Source of the DNA: Bacteriovoracaceae bacterium | Lineage (GTDB): Bacteria; Bdellovibrionota; Bacteriovoracia; Bacteriovoracales; Bacteriovoracaceae | NCBI GenBank assembly: GCA_018649885.1 | Contig: JABIHA010000085.1 | Location: forward strand, 100,744 to 164,743 | Reading direction: 5' to 3' | DNA: 64,000 bases | In this document: positions 49,809 to 59,430 of the stretch, piece by piece | Numbering within the stretch: the stretch's first letter is position 1 | How the letters are laid out: the number at the start of each line of letters is the position of its first letter | Program-made: the position numbers and the translations under genes | Notes under the pieces: model-generated | The model's input: the letters and a program-made list of their open reading frames with translations, nothing else | What the model was told of the DNA's origin: nothing | Database searches by the model: none

Positions 49809-50011
49809 GATTTCCTCCCTCTCCACTCAATGTGCTCCACCAAGTGTGCACTTTTCCCTCTAGTTAAGTGCCAGGGTATTCTAAGCGCACAGTTGGGGGC
49901 GCTCCAAGAGAGGTTTGTAAATGTAAGGTGAAAAAGTGCTGAATGTAAGAAAGTGTCTTAAACCCGCTCTAGTAAGGGGGGATGAGGTGACAGAATGGCA
50001 CTTTATGAAGG

Positions 50012-50896
50012 TTAGAAATTTGAGATTTGGTCCACAAGTTCTGGGTAATCAATGAATGTGTTTCGGCTGCCTTGAATAGTAAAGATCATTTCATGTCTTC
50101 TAATTTCACTATTATCTACTGGATCTTCCAGGTGCCACTTTCTTAAGTAGTGTTCTTCAACTGCATCAATTTTGATGTTGTAGGTAACACTAAAGTAGAA
50201 AATTGCTCTCGCCACATTTCCCTTATGTGAATCGGTAGGTTCGAAGTAAATAGAGTAGTGGTCACTTTTTGCTGGAAATGTTGGGTCAATATAGCCAAGT
50301 TTATTTTGTGAACAAGTTGTATTTTTTGTTTCTGTGTAAACTTCTGCAAATTTAAAGCTACCTCTTTGAGAGTTTTGGAGGCTATCAGTTGGGTAGAGAT
50401 GGTGTAAGTCTGTTTTTTGAACCTGGTGGCTTGAAGTAGAAGAAAACCTGCTTTGTGGCCAGGTGTGCTCTACGTTGAGTACTTGGTGGTCTGGCGGTTG
50501 TATTGGGCCTGGGCCTTTGCCTCTAGAAAAGTCGGATTTTGTGTAGTTCTTTTCACAATAAACGCCTTTTATATAATAATTATTTTTGGCCCCTTCCAAG
50601 TGAATGCTTGAAAGAAGATGCTTCCTGCTTTCTCTATACTGGAAAACCTTGTGCTTGTAGCAACCCTTTGCATGGCATGAGCCGTCAGAAATGGTGTCAA
50701 AGTTTCCGGGAACTTTTTGATGATAAGATTTATGAATTTTTTGAATTGCTCTTTTGAGGGAACTCTCTTTAAGAGTTCTTTTGGTGTGGTAGAAATCGCT
50801 GCCATAGTAGTGGTCAGAGGCGTCTAGTCCATTGGCAGAAACTGACGCAGATATTAAAAAAAACGAACAAATGAAAACCCTTTTTAAGAGATTCAT
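50012..50896 (-). CDS. Secreted endonuclease I family nuclease
   Basis: NVEHTWPQS, DLHHLYP, KGNVARAIFY, QGSRNTFID. Confidence 0.9.
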   Translation of the reverse strand: MNLLKRVFICSFFLISASVSANGLDASDHYYGSDFYHTKRTLKESSLKRAIQKIHKSYHQKVPGNFDTISDGSCHAKGCYKHKVFQYRESRKHLLSSIHLEGAKNNYYIKGVYCEKNYTKSDFSRGKGPGPIQPPDHQVLNVEHTWPQSRFSSTSSHQVQKTDLHHLYPTDSLQNSQRGSFKFAEVYTETKNTTCSQNKLGYIDPTFPAKSDHYSIYFEPTDSHKGNVARAIFYFSVTYNIKIDAVEEHYLRKWHLEDPVDNSEIRRHEMIFTIQGSRNTFIDYPELVDQISNF

Positions 50897-51012
50897 GGGT
50901 ACCCCGTTTCAAGTAGTGAATCGAATTTTATATTAGAAAATATAATAGATAGTATTAGTAAATGTCATTAAAAAAGTTGAAGTTTTCTGTGAATGGCGCA
51001 GAGCAAAGACTC

Positions 51013-51960
51013 TTAAATGTTGTAACAGCTCACTTGTCTTCCAAATTTCCCGGTAAGTATGGGGATTTCAGTTTTGCACCGGTCTGTTGCGAGTGGACAA
51101 CGCTGGTGAAAATGACAACCACTTGGGGGGTTGAGAGGCGAGGGAAGCTCGCCACTTAGTGGGGTCATTTCAATTAAATTTCTGACTCCTACTTCTGGAG
51201 TCGATTGTATTAGTGCCTTTGTATAAGGATGTTTGGGTTCAGTAATAACATTGTGAGTATTGCCAAATTCTACAATTTTTCCCAGATACATCACGAGGAT
51301 TTTGTCTGCAATGTGTTTTACCACTGACAGGTCGTGGGAAATAAAGATGTAGGAAAGGCCCAGGTTGTCTTGTAAGTCCATCAGCAGGTTAAGTATCTGT
51401 GCTTGAATGCTTACGTCCAGTGCGGAAACTGGCTCATCGCAAATGAGTATTTTTGGGTGATTAATTAAGGCCCTGGCAATTCCGATTCTCTGTCTTTGGC
51501 CGCCACTAAACATATGTGGATATCTATCTACAAGTTCAACTCGAAGTCCTACCTTGGCCATCATTTCAATTGCTCTGTCTCGGCATTGGGTCTTGGTTAA
51601 TTTTGAGTTTATGAGAAGTGGTTCAGAAATTATTTGCCAAGCTTTTTTTCTAGGGTTGAGAGAGCCCATGGGATCTTGGAAAATCATTTGAATATGAGAC
51701 TGGAGCTCTTTGGCCGTTAGGACAAATCCATTTTTATTGTCAATTTCAAATTCACCAGCAGTTGCTTTCTCGATATTCATTAAGACTTTTGCAAGAGTAC
51801 TTTTTCCGCAGCCACTCTCTCCCACAACTGCCAATGTTTCTCCTGGCAAAAGATCGAAAGTTAATCCATCTACTGCTTTGACAATACCTGTCGTTCCAAA
51901 AATTCCCTTTATATCGTAGTGCTTTTTGAGATTTTGAACTTTTATAATAGGGACGTTCAT
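51013..51960 (-). CDS. dppF: Dipeptide ABC transporter ATP-binding protein
   Basis: GESGCGKST, RYPHMFSGGQRQR, C-terminal GCHFHQRC. Confidence 0.9.
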   Translation of the reverse strand: MNVPIIKVQNLKKHYDIKGIFGTTGIVKAVDGLTFDLLPGETLAVVGESGCGKSTLAKVLMNIEKATAGEFEIDNKNGFVLTAKELQSHIQMIFQDPMGSLNPRKKAWQIISEPLLINSKLTKTQCRDRAIEMMAKVGLRVELVDRYPHMFSGGQRQRIGIARALINHPKILICDEPVSALDVSIQAQILNLLMDLQDNLGLSYIFISHDLSVVKHIADKILVMYLGKIVEFGNTHNVITEPKHPYTKALIQSTPEVGVRNLIEMTPLSGELPSPLNPPSGCHFHQRCPLATDRCKTEIPILTGKFGRQVSCYNI

Positions 51961-52943
51961 GAGGACCTCGGAGATTGATTAAGAGGAAAGTGGCATCTAC
52001 CCATTCTTTGGTTTTTTTTGAATTGTGTTGGCGCTTGCTCTTTACACTTGTCTTCAAAGTTAGGACACCTTGGGTGGAAGTAACAGCCATTTGGTCTATC
52101 TAATAAGTTGGGCACAACGCCGCTTATTGGTGTCAATTTTTCTTTGGTGACAGTATGTGTTCCAGGCAAAGATTCTAAAAGACCTTTTGAGTAAGGGTGA
52201 AAAGGTGAATCAATAACCTCTAGAGTTGGACCAGACTCAATCATTTGTCCTGCATACATGACCATTATTCGATCACTGACTTGAGAGACAACCCCCATAT
52301 CGTGGGTAATAAAAACAAGACCCATATTGTGTTTTTCTTGAAGACTTTTGAGTAGTCTGAGTATTTGGGCCTGAATTGTTACATCAAGTGCTGTTGTTGG
52401 CTCATCGGCAATTAAGAGCTTGGGCTTGCAAGCAAGTGCCTGAGCAATCATCACTCTTTGTGCCATTCCTCCTGAGAGTTCATGGGGGTAGCACTTGAGT
52501 CTAGATTTTGGTGCGGGAATTCCCACTTGGTCGAGAAGATCACAGGCCTTTTCACTTAGCTCTTTTTTAGTTCCAGTTTGGTGGGCCTGTAGCGTTTCTA
52601 TTAATTGATATCCAACATTAAAGCATGGATTTAAAGCACTCATTGGATCTTGGAAAATCATGGAAATATCTTTTCCGCGAGATTTCTGCAGTTCACTTTC
52701 ACTTTGTGTCAGCAGATTTTTTCCTTCAAAGAAAATACCGTCGGCCTTGAGCTCAGCAGTACCTGGAAGAAGTTGCATAATAGAAAGTGAGCTCATAGAT
52801 TTTCCACAGCCACTTTCTCCAACGATTCCTAAGCATTCACCTCTTTTAAGACTAAAATTTATATTTTCTAAAACCTGTACTCTGCCCTGGGAAGTTTTAA
52901 AGAATAGATTGAGATTTTTTACTTCTAATAGTGGTTTTGTCAT
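51957..52943 (-). CDS. dppD: Dipeptide ABC transporter ATP-binding protein
   Basis: GESGCGKS, YPHELSGGMAQR, ADEPTTALDVTIQAQ. Confidence 0.9.
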   Translation of the reverse strand: MTKPLLEVKNLNLFFKTSQGRVQVLENINFSLKRGECLGIVGESGCGKSMSSLSIMQLLPGTAELKADGIFFEGKNLLTQSESELQKSRGKDISMIFQDPMSALNPCFNVGYQLIETLQAHQTGTKKELSEKACDLLDQVGIPAPKSRLKCYPHELSGGMAQRVMIAQALACKPKLLIADEPTTALDVTIQAQILRLLKSLQEKHNMGLVFITHDMGVVSQVSDRIMVMYAGQMIESGPTLEVIDSPFHPYSKGLLESLPGTHTVTKEKLTPISGVVPNLLDRPNGCYFHPRCPNFEDKCKEQAPTQFKKNQRMGRCHFPLNQSPRSS

Positions 52944-53833
52944 GATTTTTTCAACCTTGGATCAAGGGCATCACGAAGACCATCTCCCAGAAGATTAAAA
53001 CCAAGAACAACAAGCAGGATACAAATCCCTGGCAGCGTTACCATCCAAGGTGCACTTTCAATATAGGCGCGAGCATCGGCAAGCATTGTTCCCCATTCAG
53101 ATAGTGGTGGTTTGGCACCTAGACCTAAAAAGCCAAGGGCAGCAATATCAAGTATCCCGTTACTAAAGCCAATAGTTGCTTGAACGATAAGTGGCGCCAT
53201 ACAGTTTGGTAATATATTGATAAACATCTGCCTTGCTGAACTGGCACCAAAGGTTTTTGAGGCCGTTACATAAGGCCTTTTCATTTCGGCCATGGTTTGG
53301 GCCCTGATAAGTCTTATAAAGTGCGGAATGGATACGATACTTACGGCAATTACTGTGTTTAAAAGTCCTGGTCCTAAAATTGATGCAACTACGATGGCCA
53401 AAAGAATTGAGGGAAGAGACATCATGATATCGACAAGTCTCATGGTCATTCGGTCTACGGCCCCACCATAGTAGCCGGCGATAAGGCCTAGACTTGTTCC
53501 AATGGTGCCTGAGAGTAGTACGACTAAAAAACTATAAACGATGGAGATTCTTCCACCAAAAATTAAGCGGCTTAAAATATCTCTACCCACATCATCTGTT
53601 CCCAAAATAAATTCCATACTTCCACCTTGCGCAAAAAAGGGAGGAAGAGTGGCCTTTCCAGGAAAAATTTGGGCCGGGTCGTAGGGGGCAATCACTTCGG
53701 CAAATAGTCCTAAGAATAGAAAAAATGTGATGATAACAAGACCTATAAGCCCACCAAGGTGAGATTTAAAGTGATACCAAAACTCTATGAGAGGAGACGG
53801 GGGAGCTGAGAGTTTGGAAGTGGCATTACTCAC
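52940..53833 (-). CDS. dppC: Dipeptide ABC transporter permease
   Basis: LGTDDVGRDILSRL, PPLSEWGTML, NLLGDGLRDALDP. Confidence 0.92.
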   Translation of the reverse strand: MSNATSKLSAPPSPLIEFWYHFKSHLGGLIGLVIITFFLFLGLFAEVIAPYDPAQIFPGKATLPPFFAQGGSMEFILGTDDVGRDILSRLIFGGRISIVYSFLVVLLSGTIGTSLGLIAGYYGGAVDRMTMRLVDIMMSLPSILLAIVVASILGPGLLNTVIAVSIVSIPHFIRLIRAQTMAEMKRPYVTASKTFGASSARQMFINILPNCMAPLIVQATIGFSNGILDIAALGFLGLGAKPPLSEWGTMLADARAYIESAPWMVTLPGICILLVVLGFNLLGDGLRDALDPRLKKS

Positions 53834-53834
53834 T

Positions 53835-54857
53835 TTATTGCCCTCTCATTTTTGGATTAATGACTGCGTAGACAAGGTCTACCAGCATATTGATCATAAT
53901 AATCATAAAAGCAATAATTAGGATTCCACTTTGGATCACAGGGTAATCTCTTGCTGCAACAGCAGACACCATCCATTTTCCAATTCCAGGCCAGCTAAAA
54001 ATAGTTTCTGTCAGTATTGCCCCTGTCATAATGGAGCCGAACATAAGGCCTATGACTGTCACAACTGGAATGAGAGCATTTCTGAGGCCATGAACATAGA
54101 TGATTTTTTTAGGAGAAATACCTTTGGCCTTGGCAGTTCTCATATAATCTTCTGATAAAACTTCAAGCATTGCTGAACGGGTCATTCGAGCAATAATCGC
54201 CAGCGGAATAGTACCCATGGCAATTGCCGGCAGCATTAAATGTTTTACAGCGTCAATAAATGCTTCGAGTCCTTCACCAGAAAGCCAAGTATCTATTAGC
54301 ATCAACCCTGTAATGGGATCGATATCATACATAATAGATAATCTACCAGCTACAGGCGTTATTCCCAGAGTTACTGAAAATATTAAAATAAGAATAAGTC
54401 CCCACCAAAAAATAGGCATAGAGTACCCCGCTAAGGAGACTCCCATAACCATTAAATCTATAGGTCCATTTTTTTTAATAGCTGCAATAATACCAAGGGG
54501 GATACCAAAAATAATGGCAATTAATAGGGCCACAAAGCCTAGTTCAAATGTTGCTGGAAACCTATCAAAGAATTCTTCTTTGACAGTTCTTCTAGAGACA
54601 ATTGATTTTCCAAGATCACCCATGGAAATATTCTTAATAAAAATTGCGTATTGAATAAAAAGAGGCTTATCGAGGCCTAGATTTTTTTTCATTTGTTCGT
54701 AAACAACTGGATCAGCACCTCTTTCCCCTAACATCAACATAACGGGGTCTCCAGGAGCCAGTCTGATTAAAACAAAGCTTAAGATAGAGACACCAATGAG
54801 GGTGGGGAAGAGCCCGAAAAATTTTTTGGCCAAAAACTTGATCATGAAATTATGCAC
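53835..54857 (-). CDS. dppB: Dipeptide ABC transporter permease
   Basis: PGDPV, SMPIFWWG, EDYMRTAKAKG, RDYPVIQ. Confidence 0.92.
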   Translation of the reverse strand: MHNFMIKFLAKKFFGLFPTLIGVSILSFVLIRLAPGDPVMLMLGERGADPVVYEQMKKNLGLDKPLFIQYAIFIKNISMGDLGKSIVSRRTVKEEFFDRFPATFELGFVALLIAIIFGIPLGIIAAIKKNGPIDLMVMGVSLAGYSMPIFWWGLILILIFSVTLGITPVAGRLSIMYDIDPITGLMLIDTWLSGEGLEAFIDAVKHLMLPAIAMGTIPLAIIARMTRSAMLEVLSEDYMRTAKAKGISPKKIIYVHGLRNALIPVVTVIGLMFGSIMTGAILTETIFSWPGIGKWMVSAVAARDYPVIQSGILIIAFMIIMINMLVDLVYAVINPKMRGQ

Positions 54858-54961
54858 ATTCCTAAAAAATTAATTCATTGCAACTTACCAAAGTGTTGGC
54901 TTTTAGTCATGTTTTGAATTCTGATGTAACTTGCTGGAATTACGAGCATTTTTGTGGCTTT

Positions 54962-56917
54962 CTATCTAACTTTTTTGAAAAATGAAATTCCGAAATGTCC
55001 TGTTTTACTCCAGGGAACCTGAAAGAAGGAATAGACCAAGAAGTTTCGAAGCGTCATTTTTTTGTAATTGGGAACCCACCACGCTCTCAGTGGAATGATC
55101 ATATGCTTGTGGGTCTTTTTAAGAAGATTTTTAGACTTGTCATTTACATTCATAAAAACATAGTCGTACTTGGAAATATCTTTGTCTTTAATAAACCTAT
55201 AAGTGTGAACATCTCTGAGATACCAGGTTAATGGCCAAAGGGCGTCACCTTGAAGATAAATTGAAGGTTTTTTGGCACTTATGGGTGAGAAGTATTTTCT
55301 TCTGAGATCACGGGCCATTTTATCAAACTGCCAGGTGGTGTGAACTTGTCCAATTATTTGTGATCTTTTTCCCGCTCTTCCAAAGTTTGTCATCACTGAG
55401 AGTCTAAGAGTGAAGAGAAATAAAAAAGTAAAAATAAAATTTTGAGTGTGGAATGAGGGAGTTTCAAATTTGTCTTTGATGGAAAAGAAAAAGATTGAAG
55501 AGGTTGCAGTGCAGACAATAATTGTGAGCATTGAAAATGTTCTTTCTTCTATTGAGAAAACCGTAGCAAAAAAGAAGATGGATACTGAAAGCATGGTGGC
55601 GAGTTCCAATATATTAAACTTCTTTCTCTTAATCAGATCGTATTGACCGAAATACAAGGCCAAATAAATCAGGCCTGGTACCAGTGTATAGAGTGAAAGC
55701 CAGGGAACTTTTTCCCCCAAATATGAATAAGTGAAAAAATTGGCCCAGGTAAAATATCCAAAAAATGCCAACCCTCTTTTTTTATCAGATAGGTGAGTTG
55801 CGGTGATAACAATAGGATGAATCAAAAAGATGAAAAGAAGAGGGATATCAAAAGGTATTTTAAGTTTGAAAAATTGTAGAATAGGAACTTTTGATAAATC
55901 ACTTTCATTAAATACAAAGTAAAGGACAGTACAGGGAAAGAGTATTGTGAAAAAAGAAATTATATGGGTCATTCCACGGCTAAAATAAAAATGGATTGTG
56001 GATATGAGAAGAGCTCCTATAAAGACAACTTCGTACATAGACAGAATCATAAATTGAAAGGAGAAGGGCCCCTTAATTCGTTCTATATTGTGCTGCTTTA
56101 TCCAGTAACCAATACTCTTTCTATAAAGACCATCTAGTATCCCCTGCGGGTATTTGAAACCGGCCGAAAAAAAGTAGCAAAAAATAAACGAGCCCAATAA
56201 TAAACCACCAATCCAAAACCATGGATAATTTTTAATATTTTTGAACCAAGAGCTTAGTAGGGGGACAAGTTCACGGCTTTTATCTGATAAGTGTAAATAA
56301 AAGAATTCAAATATAAGATACCCTAGGCAAAGGGCCATAAAAACATAGCTATTTTCTTTGATCGCCAACTGTAGTGCCAAGGAGGTTAGGGCATAAACCC
56401 CTCTCCTTTTTGCAGGAGCAATGAGAAGACCATAGAGAAGTAAAAAATGTGCCGAAATCATAAAGTAGTCATGCCTTGAAAAGCGTGACCAATAAACAAT
56501 TGAAGGAGCAATAGCAATATAGGCAGTAAGAAATAAAAGTGCTTTGGTGGTTAAAAATCGTCTAAATAAGAAGGGGAGAAATAGAAATAAACTCCCCATT
56601 AAGGCCATTGGAAACCTGACGGCAAAGTCAGTGTTGCCAAGAAAATCATAAACCCAGGGCATAACATTATATAAAATTGGCCCGTGAAGAAGAGGCTGGT
56701 ATTTATAAAAACTGGTACTCGGTCTGTCGTATGCATATTGCCCATACATACCGTGAAGGGATTCATCGTGGTGGATAGGTCTCGAAGTATCTAATTGATA
56801 CCAGCGAAGTGAAAGTCCTATAAGTATGATGATAAATAAAATCGCCTTGGGATTTTTCTCATACCACCTAATAATATTAAAACCCTCTCCACTTTTAATG
56901 GGAGTTTGCTCTTCCAT
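54962..56917 (-). CDS. TIGR03663/Agl23-like GT-C (ArnT/PMT-like) membrane protein
   Basis: HHDESLHG, YQPLLHGP, WSRFSRHD, KEN, EKVPWL, WPLTWYLR; multi-TM. Confidence 0.8.
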   Translation of the reverse strand: MEEQTPIKSGEGFNIIRWYEKNPKAILFIIILIGLSLRWYQLDTSRPIHHDESLHGMYGQYAYDRPSTSFYKYQPLLHGPILYNVMPWVYDFLGNTDFAVRFPMALMGSLFLFLPFLFRRFLTTKALLFLTAYIAIAPSIVYWSRFSRHDYFMISAHFLLLYGLLIAPAKRRGVYALTSLALQLAIKENSYVFMALCLGYLIFEFFYLHLSDKSRELVPLLSSWFKNIKNYPWFWIGGLLLGSFIFCYFFSAGFKYPQGILDGLYRKSIGYWIKQHNIERIKGPFSFQFMILSMYEVVFIGALLISTIHFYFSRGMTHIISFFTILFPCTVLYFVFNESDLSKVPILQFFKLKIPFDIPLLFIFLIHPIVITATHLSDKKRGLAFFGYFTWANFFTYSYLGEKVPWLSLYTLVPGLIYLALYFGQYDLIKRKKFNILELATMLSVSIFFFATVFSIEERTFSMLTIIVCTATSSIFFFSIKDKFETPSFHTQNFIFTFLFLFTLRLSVMTNFGRAGKRSQIIGQVHTTWQFDKMARDLRRKYFSPISAKKPSIYLQGDALWPLTWYLRDVHTYRFIKDKDISKYDYVFMNVNDKSKNLLKKTHKHMIIPLRAWWVPNYKKMTLRNFLVYSFFQVPWSKTGHFGISFFKKVR

Positions 56918-57137
56918 AGAACCCCTTGTATTTATACTATTTTACGCTGTGCAAGCTCATGCAAAAAGAGGAAATAATAGGACCCTCGTATTAATGTCTG
57001 ATTGGATTCCCCGGTTAAGTAACAGATAAATTTGTTTTTTGAATAGTCATATAGAGTACATCTTTGCCGTGCATCACAACTTTTCAATAGGCCTTAAAAT
57101 ATTAGTAACTTATATAAAATATCTAAGGTAGGAATTG

Positions 57138-57845
57138 ATGTCTTCTGAATTATTAATAATGATGCCCGTTTACAATGAAGAAGAGGCGCTCGGAGCTGTT
57201 GTTGATGAATGGATCAAGGTTTGCAAAAAACTAGATGCCAAAATGCTTTTAATTAATGATGGATCAAAAGACAAAACCATTGATGTCATAAAGCAAAAAG
57301 CAGGTGAGTATGAGGAAATCATGTTTATTGATAGAGAGAATAAAGGGCATGGCCCAACTATAAGGGAAGGTTATCAATATGCTATTGATCAAGGATATAA
57401 ATGGGTTTTCCAAACAGATAGTGACGGGCAAACAAATATAGAAGAATTTTATCCACTATGGGATAATCGTGAGGCAGGACCATTTCAATTTGGAATGAGA
57501 AGAAATAGAGGCGATGGCCGAGGAAGAGATATTATTAGTCTTGTCCTTAGGACTTTGATTTATCTCATTTTTGGAGTTTACCCCAAGGATGCCAATGTCC
57601 CATTTAGAATTATGCGTACTGATAAGCTAAAAGAATATCTTGCCCATGTTCCAGTGAGCTTTTTTCTCACAAATTCACTACTGTCAGCACTTATTTTGCA
57701 AAAAGGTGAAGATCAGATCCACTGGTTTCCCATAACATTCCTGCCAAGGGCCGGAGGGGTTCCATCTATTACTTGGTCGAGATTTTTTACAATCGGGCTT
57801 CAGGCTATCAAAGATTTTAGAGATATAAAACGGAGTTTAAAATAA
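57138..57845 (+). CDS. GT2 glycosyltransferase (polyprenol-phosphate glycosyltransferase-like)
   Basis: MPVYNEE, INDGSKD, NKGHG, QTDSDGQ, DANVPFR. Confidence 0.9.
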   Translation: MSSELLIMMPVYNEEEALGAVVDEWIKVCKKLDAKMLLINDGSKDKTIDVIKQKAGEYEEIMFIDRENKGHGPTIREGYQYAIDQGYKWVFQTDSDGQTNIEEFYPLWDNREAGPFQFGMRRNRGDGRGRDIISLVLRTLIYLIFGVYPKDANVPFRIMRTDKLKEYLAHVPVSFFLTNSLLSALILQKGEDQIHWFPITFLPRAGGVPSITWSRFFTIGLQAIKDFRDIKRSLK

Positions 57846-57852
57846 CTGCTCT

Positions 57853-59403
57853 ATGAATAGATTTATCCAAAGCATCACTCAAAAGCGTCAGCTAAATCTC
57901 TCTCCTTATATAGAGTGGACCACATTCTCTTATTTATTTTGTCCTTTTATCATCTTTTTTTTCGGATATTTTAAAACCTGGATTTTTCTATGTTGGCTGA
58001 TTCTCTTAGGGCTTTTGGTCTATAAGAATAAAGACAAACTTTGGGTCAAGCGTAGTGATTACTCTACCCAGTATAGCTACTTAAATTTAGCACTTCTTCT
58101 GATGGGAGTTTGCTTATGGGTTTATTACTCAGGGATTGGTTGGTTTAGTTTTACTAATGGGGATTATGTCAAACACAACGCTATACTTTACGATTTAGTG
58201 AGTAAGGAGTGGCCTGTATATTATCACAACGGGCCTGAAGGCGGAGGCAAGGGCTTCTACCTTCATTACTATTTTGGCTATTATCTAATTCCAACGGTCG
58301 TTGGAAAATGGCTGGGTTTTTTAGCAGGACTTAGGTTCACCTATTTCTGGGCAATTTTGGGAATTCTTTTAGGTTTATATTGGAGCTTTAAATTAATAGG
58401 AAAGATCAGGCCCATAGTATTTGTGGTATTTGTCTTTTTTAGTGGTTGGGATATTGTGGGGCATCTACTTATGAACGGTAAGATTCCAAGCCTTGGAACC
58501 CATATGGAGTGGTGGTCTGGATCTTGGCAGTTCTCAGGAAATTCGACATTACTATACTGGGTTCCACAGCATGTAATCCCCGCATGGATTTTGACTCCTA
58601 TAATTATGGATAAAATTCTACAAAGGCGAGGTGAGTCCACTGCTCTTTGTTGGTATTGTTTAACAAGCTTTTGGTCTCCTTTTGTTATGTTTGGGTTACT
58701 TCCTTTCATTTTTATTTGGTTTATTCGAACAAATATTAAAAAGTGGTTCTCGATCCAAAATATATTCTTTGCAGGATTCATCTTTACTGTTTTTGGACTT
58801 TACTATTTTTCTGGAAGCTTAAATCACCGTAGTGGATTTATTTGGAGTACACAAAATTTTGATCAACATATTACAAAGCTTCTGTGGTTCTATCTGCTTG
58901 AGTTTATCAACTTTTGGATTTTTGCTCTTCCACATTTTTGGTATGGAAAAAAAGAGCACAAGATATTAACAGTATCCGTGGCGATCTTGCTGGTAATCAT
59001 TCCACTGTATGTTTTTGGTATGTACAATGATTGGGCCATGAGAGTCTCAATCCCTTCTCTTTTTGCTCTTCAACTTTTAATCATGATCCAGTTCTTTCAG
59101 TACCAGTACAAAGGAAAGAAAATTGCTCTTGGTTTTTTTGCTCTTTTCTGGGCAATTGGATCGATCACTTGTCTGTCAGAAATTACCAGGTCAGTAAAAA
59201 ACCCCACGGCGCGAATTCCAAAGCGTGGGATCAATCAAATGAGGCAGTATCAAACGAGTGCTCAGTATATGGGAATACCCATTTCCCCATTTTTTAAGTA
59301 TTTAACGAGAAAACCCTCAAAGGGCTATAAACTAAACCCAAGTGTCTACAAACATCTTAGACTGAAACACACCCCCATATGGTCTGAGTATTTCGACAAA
59401 TAA
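57853..59403 (+). CDS. Polytopic membrane protein, putative GT-C glycosyltransferase
   Basis: About 12 TM; GDYVKHNAILYDL, YYFGYYLIP, WVPQH, NDWAMR; 7 nt after the GT2 gene. Confidence 0.6.
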   Translation: MNRFIQSITQKRQLNLSPYIEWTTFSYLFCPFIIFFFGYFKTWIFLCWLILLGLLVYKNKDKLWVKRSDYSTQYSYLNLALLLMGVCLWVYYSGIGWFSFTNGDYVKHNAILYDLVSKEWPVYYHNGPEGGGKGFYLHYYFGYYLIPTVVGKWLGFLAGLRFTYFWAILGILLGLYWSFKLIGKIRPIVFVVFVFFSGWDIVGHLLMNGKIPSLGTHMEWWSGSWQFSGNSTLLYWVPQHVIPAWILTPIIMDKILQRRGESTALCWYCLTSFWSPFVMFGLLPFIFIWFIRTNIKKWFSIQNIFFAGFIFTVFGLYYFSGSLNHRSGFIWSTQNFDQHITKLLWFYLLEFINFWIFALPHFWYGKKEHKILTVSVAILLVIIPLYVFGMYNDWAMRVSIPSLFALQLLIMIQFFQYQYKGKKIALGFFALFWAIGSITCLSEITRSVKNPTARIPKRGINQMRQYQTSAQYMGIPISPFFKYLTRKPSKGYKLNPSVYKHLRLKHTPIWSEYFDK

Positions 59404-59430
59404 GTATTTTAATTTTGCATAAGATAATTA

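Noticed and set aside
54217..54654. 145-aa plus-strand ORF
   Set aside because: Antisense to dppB
58341..58781. 146-aa minus-strand ORF
   Set aside because: Antisense to the membrane protein gene
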